DNA of 63,037 nt, counting the filler, from Hyphochytrium catenoides (taxonomy: Eukaryota > Protista > Hyphochytriomycota), in assembly GCA_900088475.1 (NCBI GenBank). It is 8 parts of 8 records of this genome, joined end to end, with 100 filler letters (N's around TTAATTAATTAA, not from the genome) between each part and the next. Parts side by side here need not be neighbours in the genome. Positions count along the whole stretch, not along the records: positions 60,851 to 63,037 come from FLMG01003064.1; 7 more parts are not named here. The stretch is one strand, 5' to 3'. The position numbers and the translations under genes are program-made. Shown here one piece after another: positions 61,211-63,037 of this stretch (its first letter is position 1; each line of letters begins with the position of its first letter). The notes under the pieces are model-generated. The model searched no databases, was not told the DNA's origin, and saw only the letters and a program-made list of their open reading frames with translations.

Positions 61211-63037
61211 ATGGTGGCACCCAAGAAAATTGAAGGCAGGCAGCGGACAGGCCTTCTGCTTTCCTCCCTCTCTCCTTGTCTCTCCCTGGTGACTGCTGCG
61301 GGCCTGCTCTTCTTTGGAGTGAGTGTCTATTACCTCTTCATTACAGTGCCTCGACAAGAGAATGGCTGTGAGATGACGTACTCCTACCCCAACTACCATC
61401 AGATACCGATGGATACGGCCACCAATAGCTCCGCCAAGGTTCGGTGCCCCTCGTTCCTCTTCGCTATCCTTGCCAACTGGCCTTGTCTCCATCCTCGACT
61501 TTCACATCTATCGCTACTCAGCAGGCGGGCCCATGTTCTTCTTCGCCTTGATGGCTATACTGTCCTTATCTCACGCACTTAGTATGCAAGTCTCTTCTCC
61601 CTCACCGCTCCTGCTGACTTCCATTTGCTTTCCGGAAGATCAGTGCTACACCTCGCATCATGTTTGTAGCATACCAGCAGGGACTCATAGTGCTCATTAT
61701 TGGCAGGGACTTTCTCGGCTAGCGGGAAAGTATAGACTGTACCGCTTCTGCAGTGGCAAGTGTCTGGGAGGAGGTGGAGATCCTCTTAGTCCGGCCGGAG
61801 TGCCTGTACTGTTCATCCATGGACATCTAGGGAGGTAATCTTCTGCTCTTTCTCTCTCTCGCACCCCACCTCACTTTCGCTCCGTGCATCAGCGTGCAGC
61901 TGTGGTCTGGAAGAAACTCCATTCCCCTTTAGAGTTTAGCCTCATCCCAACAGGCCTCTTTCCCGTCAATCTTAGTGACGAAGCTCTTAACTGACCTCTA
62001 GCTGCTGCTTCACAACGTGGTCCTCTAAGACCTCATCCCGCAGTGTTCTTTCTTTTGGTTTCTTTCGATTAACGTGGCTTGCATATACTAGAGCTCATCT
62101 TCCTGTTGATTCATGCCTCTCTCCTTCTCTATTGTCTTTGTCTTGCCATTGATGCCCGTGCGCGTGCTCCTTTCGGCCACCTTTGTGTCGTGTGTTAGCT
62201 ACCGTCAGGTTCGGTCGCTGGGTTCAGTGGCCCTGGATGCGCACGAACTTTCCCGCTCCTCTGGGTCTTCACACTCTTCAGGACGATGGTTGGACTATTT
62301 TGCTGTGGACTTTGATGAAGGCAAGGCTGCACTCAGCGGCCAGGTGCTCAAAGATCAGGGAGAATTCGTCAACGATGCAATCAAGACAATTCTCGGACTC
62401 TATAAGAGAAAAAATGAGAAGAGTGAGTGACAAGAGCGGAGATACCTCGTCAGCGCCGACAGGTTTGCGAGAGGGGACGACAGATAAGAGGAGACAGATA
62501 AGAATGAGGGTGGCCATAGATCCCAGGCTCGCCTTTGCTTTTTATTCTTTGGGCCTCTGATTTGATGACGTTCCCAAATCGTTTTTCTCTGTATCATCAC
62601 TTCTACTCTCTCTCGTTGCATTCTTTTGCTGAGGCAGCTTCTTTGGGACTGCTTATGTCCCGTGTCGGAGAATCCGCTCGCGTCCCTCTTCTAAGCGGTC
62701 TCTCCTGCTTTGTACTGTTGGTAGGAAGCAAGGCTTTTGGGGCTCCAAACTGGCTTATTCTTGTGGGCCACAGCATGGGAGGGGTGGTTTCGCGTTCATT
62801 ATTCCTCCTCCCAAACTATTCCCCAGGGACTGTGAGGACCATAGTCACACTCGGGTCGCCACACATCATGTAAGAAAGAGCCCGTTCACGAAACAAAATC
62901 CGCTGAGAATAGAGCGGATATGGAGAGTGGTAGCTAGGAGGAACCCTCCTGACTTGAACCTAAACAGTTCTCCGTAGGCCCCCTGTGCCCTATGACAGAG
63001 TCATTGTCAACTTGTATGAGGACATGAACGCTTTTTG
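61211..63037 (+). CDS. PGAP1: GPI inositol-deacylase PGAP1/Bst1, 5' portion (runs off the window)
   Basis: N-terminal TM, NGCEMTYSYPNY, KYRLYRF, GVPVLFIHGHLGSYRQVRS, LDYFAVDFDEG, lipase nucleophile LVGHSMGG and TIVTLGSPH. Introns GT-AG and in phase. Confidence 0.92.

Noticed and set aside
1-63037. Apparent lipid/membrane-trafficking gene cluster (two GPATs, ATG18, PX, PGAP1, GT32)
   Set aside because: The genes lie on different scaffolds joined by artificial spacers, so adjacency across spacers carries no information

Overview
Intron-rich eukaryotic genomic DNA. A stramenopile-like protist is my inference from the gene types, not a certain assignment. The window is not one contiguous locus. 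Seven identical 100-nt artificial spacers (N44-TTAATTAATTAA-N44, stops in all six frames) join eight separate scaffolds: 1-13810, 13911-25783, 25884-28006, 28107-30874, 30975-52492, 52593-59560, 59661-60750 and 60851-63037. Recognisable genes: a GT32 DXD glycosyltransferase, two Sct1/Gpt2-type glycerol-3-phosphate acyltransferases, a GPANK1-like G-patch protein, RPN12, crooked-neck (CRNKL1/Clf1), an intronless ATP-PEPCK with a predicted mitochondrial presequence, ATG18/WIPI, GPN1, a PX-domain protein and the 5' part of PGAP1/BST1, plus several hypothetical genes. Mobile DNA: a decayed CRE-clade non-LTR retrotransposon (RT + CCHC + restriction-like endonuclease) bracketed by a ~55-bp inverted repeat, an adjacent Helitron RepHel remnant, and a dead Ulp1/C48 protease fragment. 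The most notable unexplained signals are the inverted-repeat and palindrome architecture around the retroelement and dense TGACA/TGTCA clusters in intergenic or 5' regions (a candidate promoter motif). I cannot demonstrate a wholly new system from the sequence alone. Exon boundaries were read by eye and no database searches were run.
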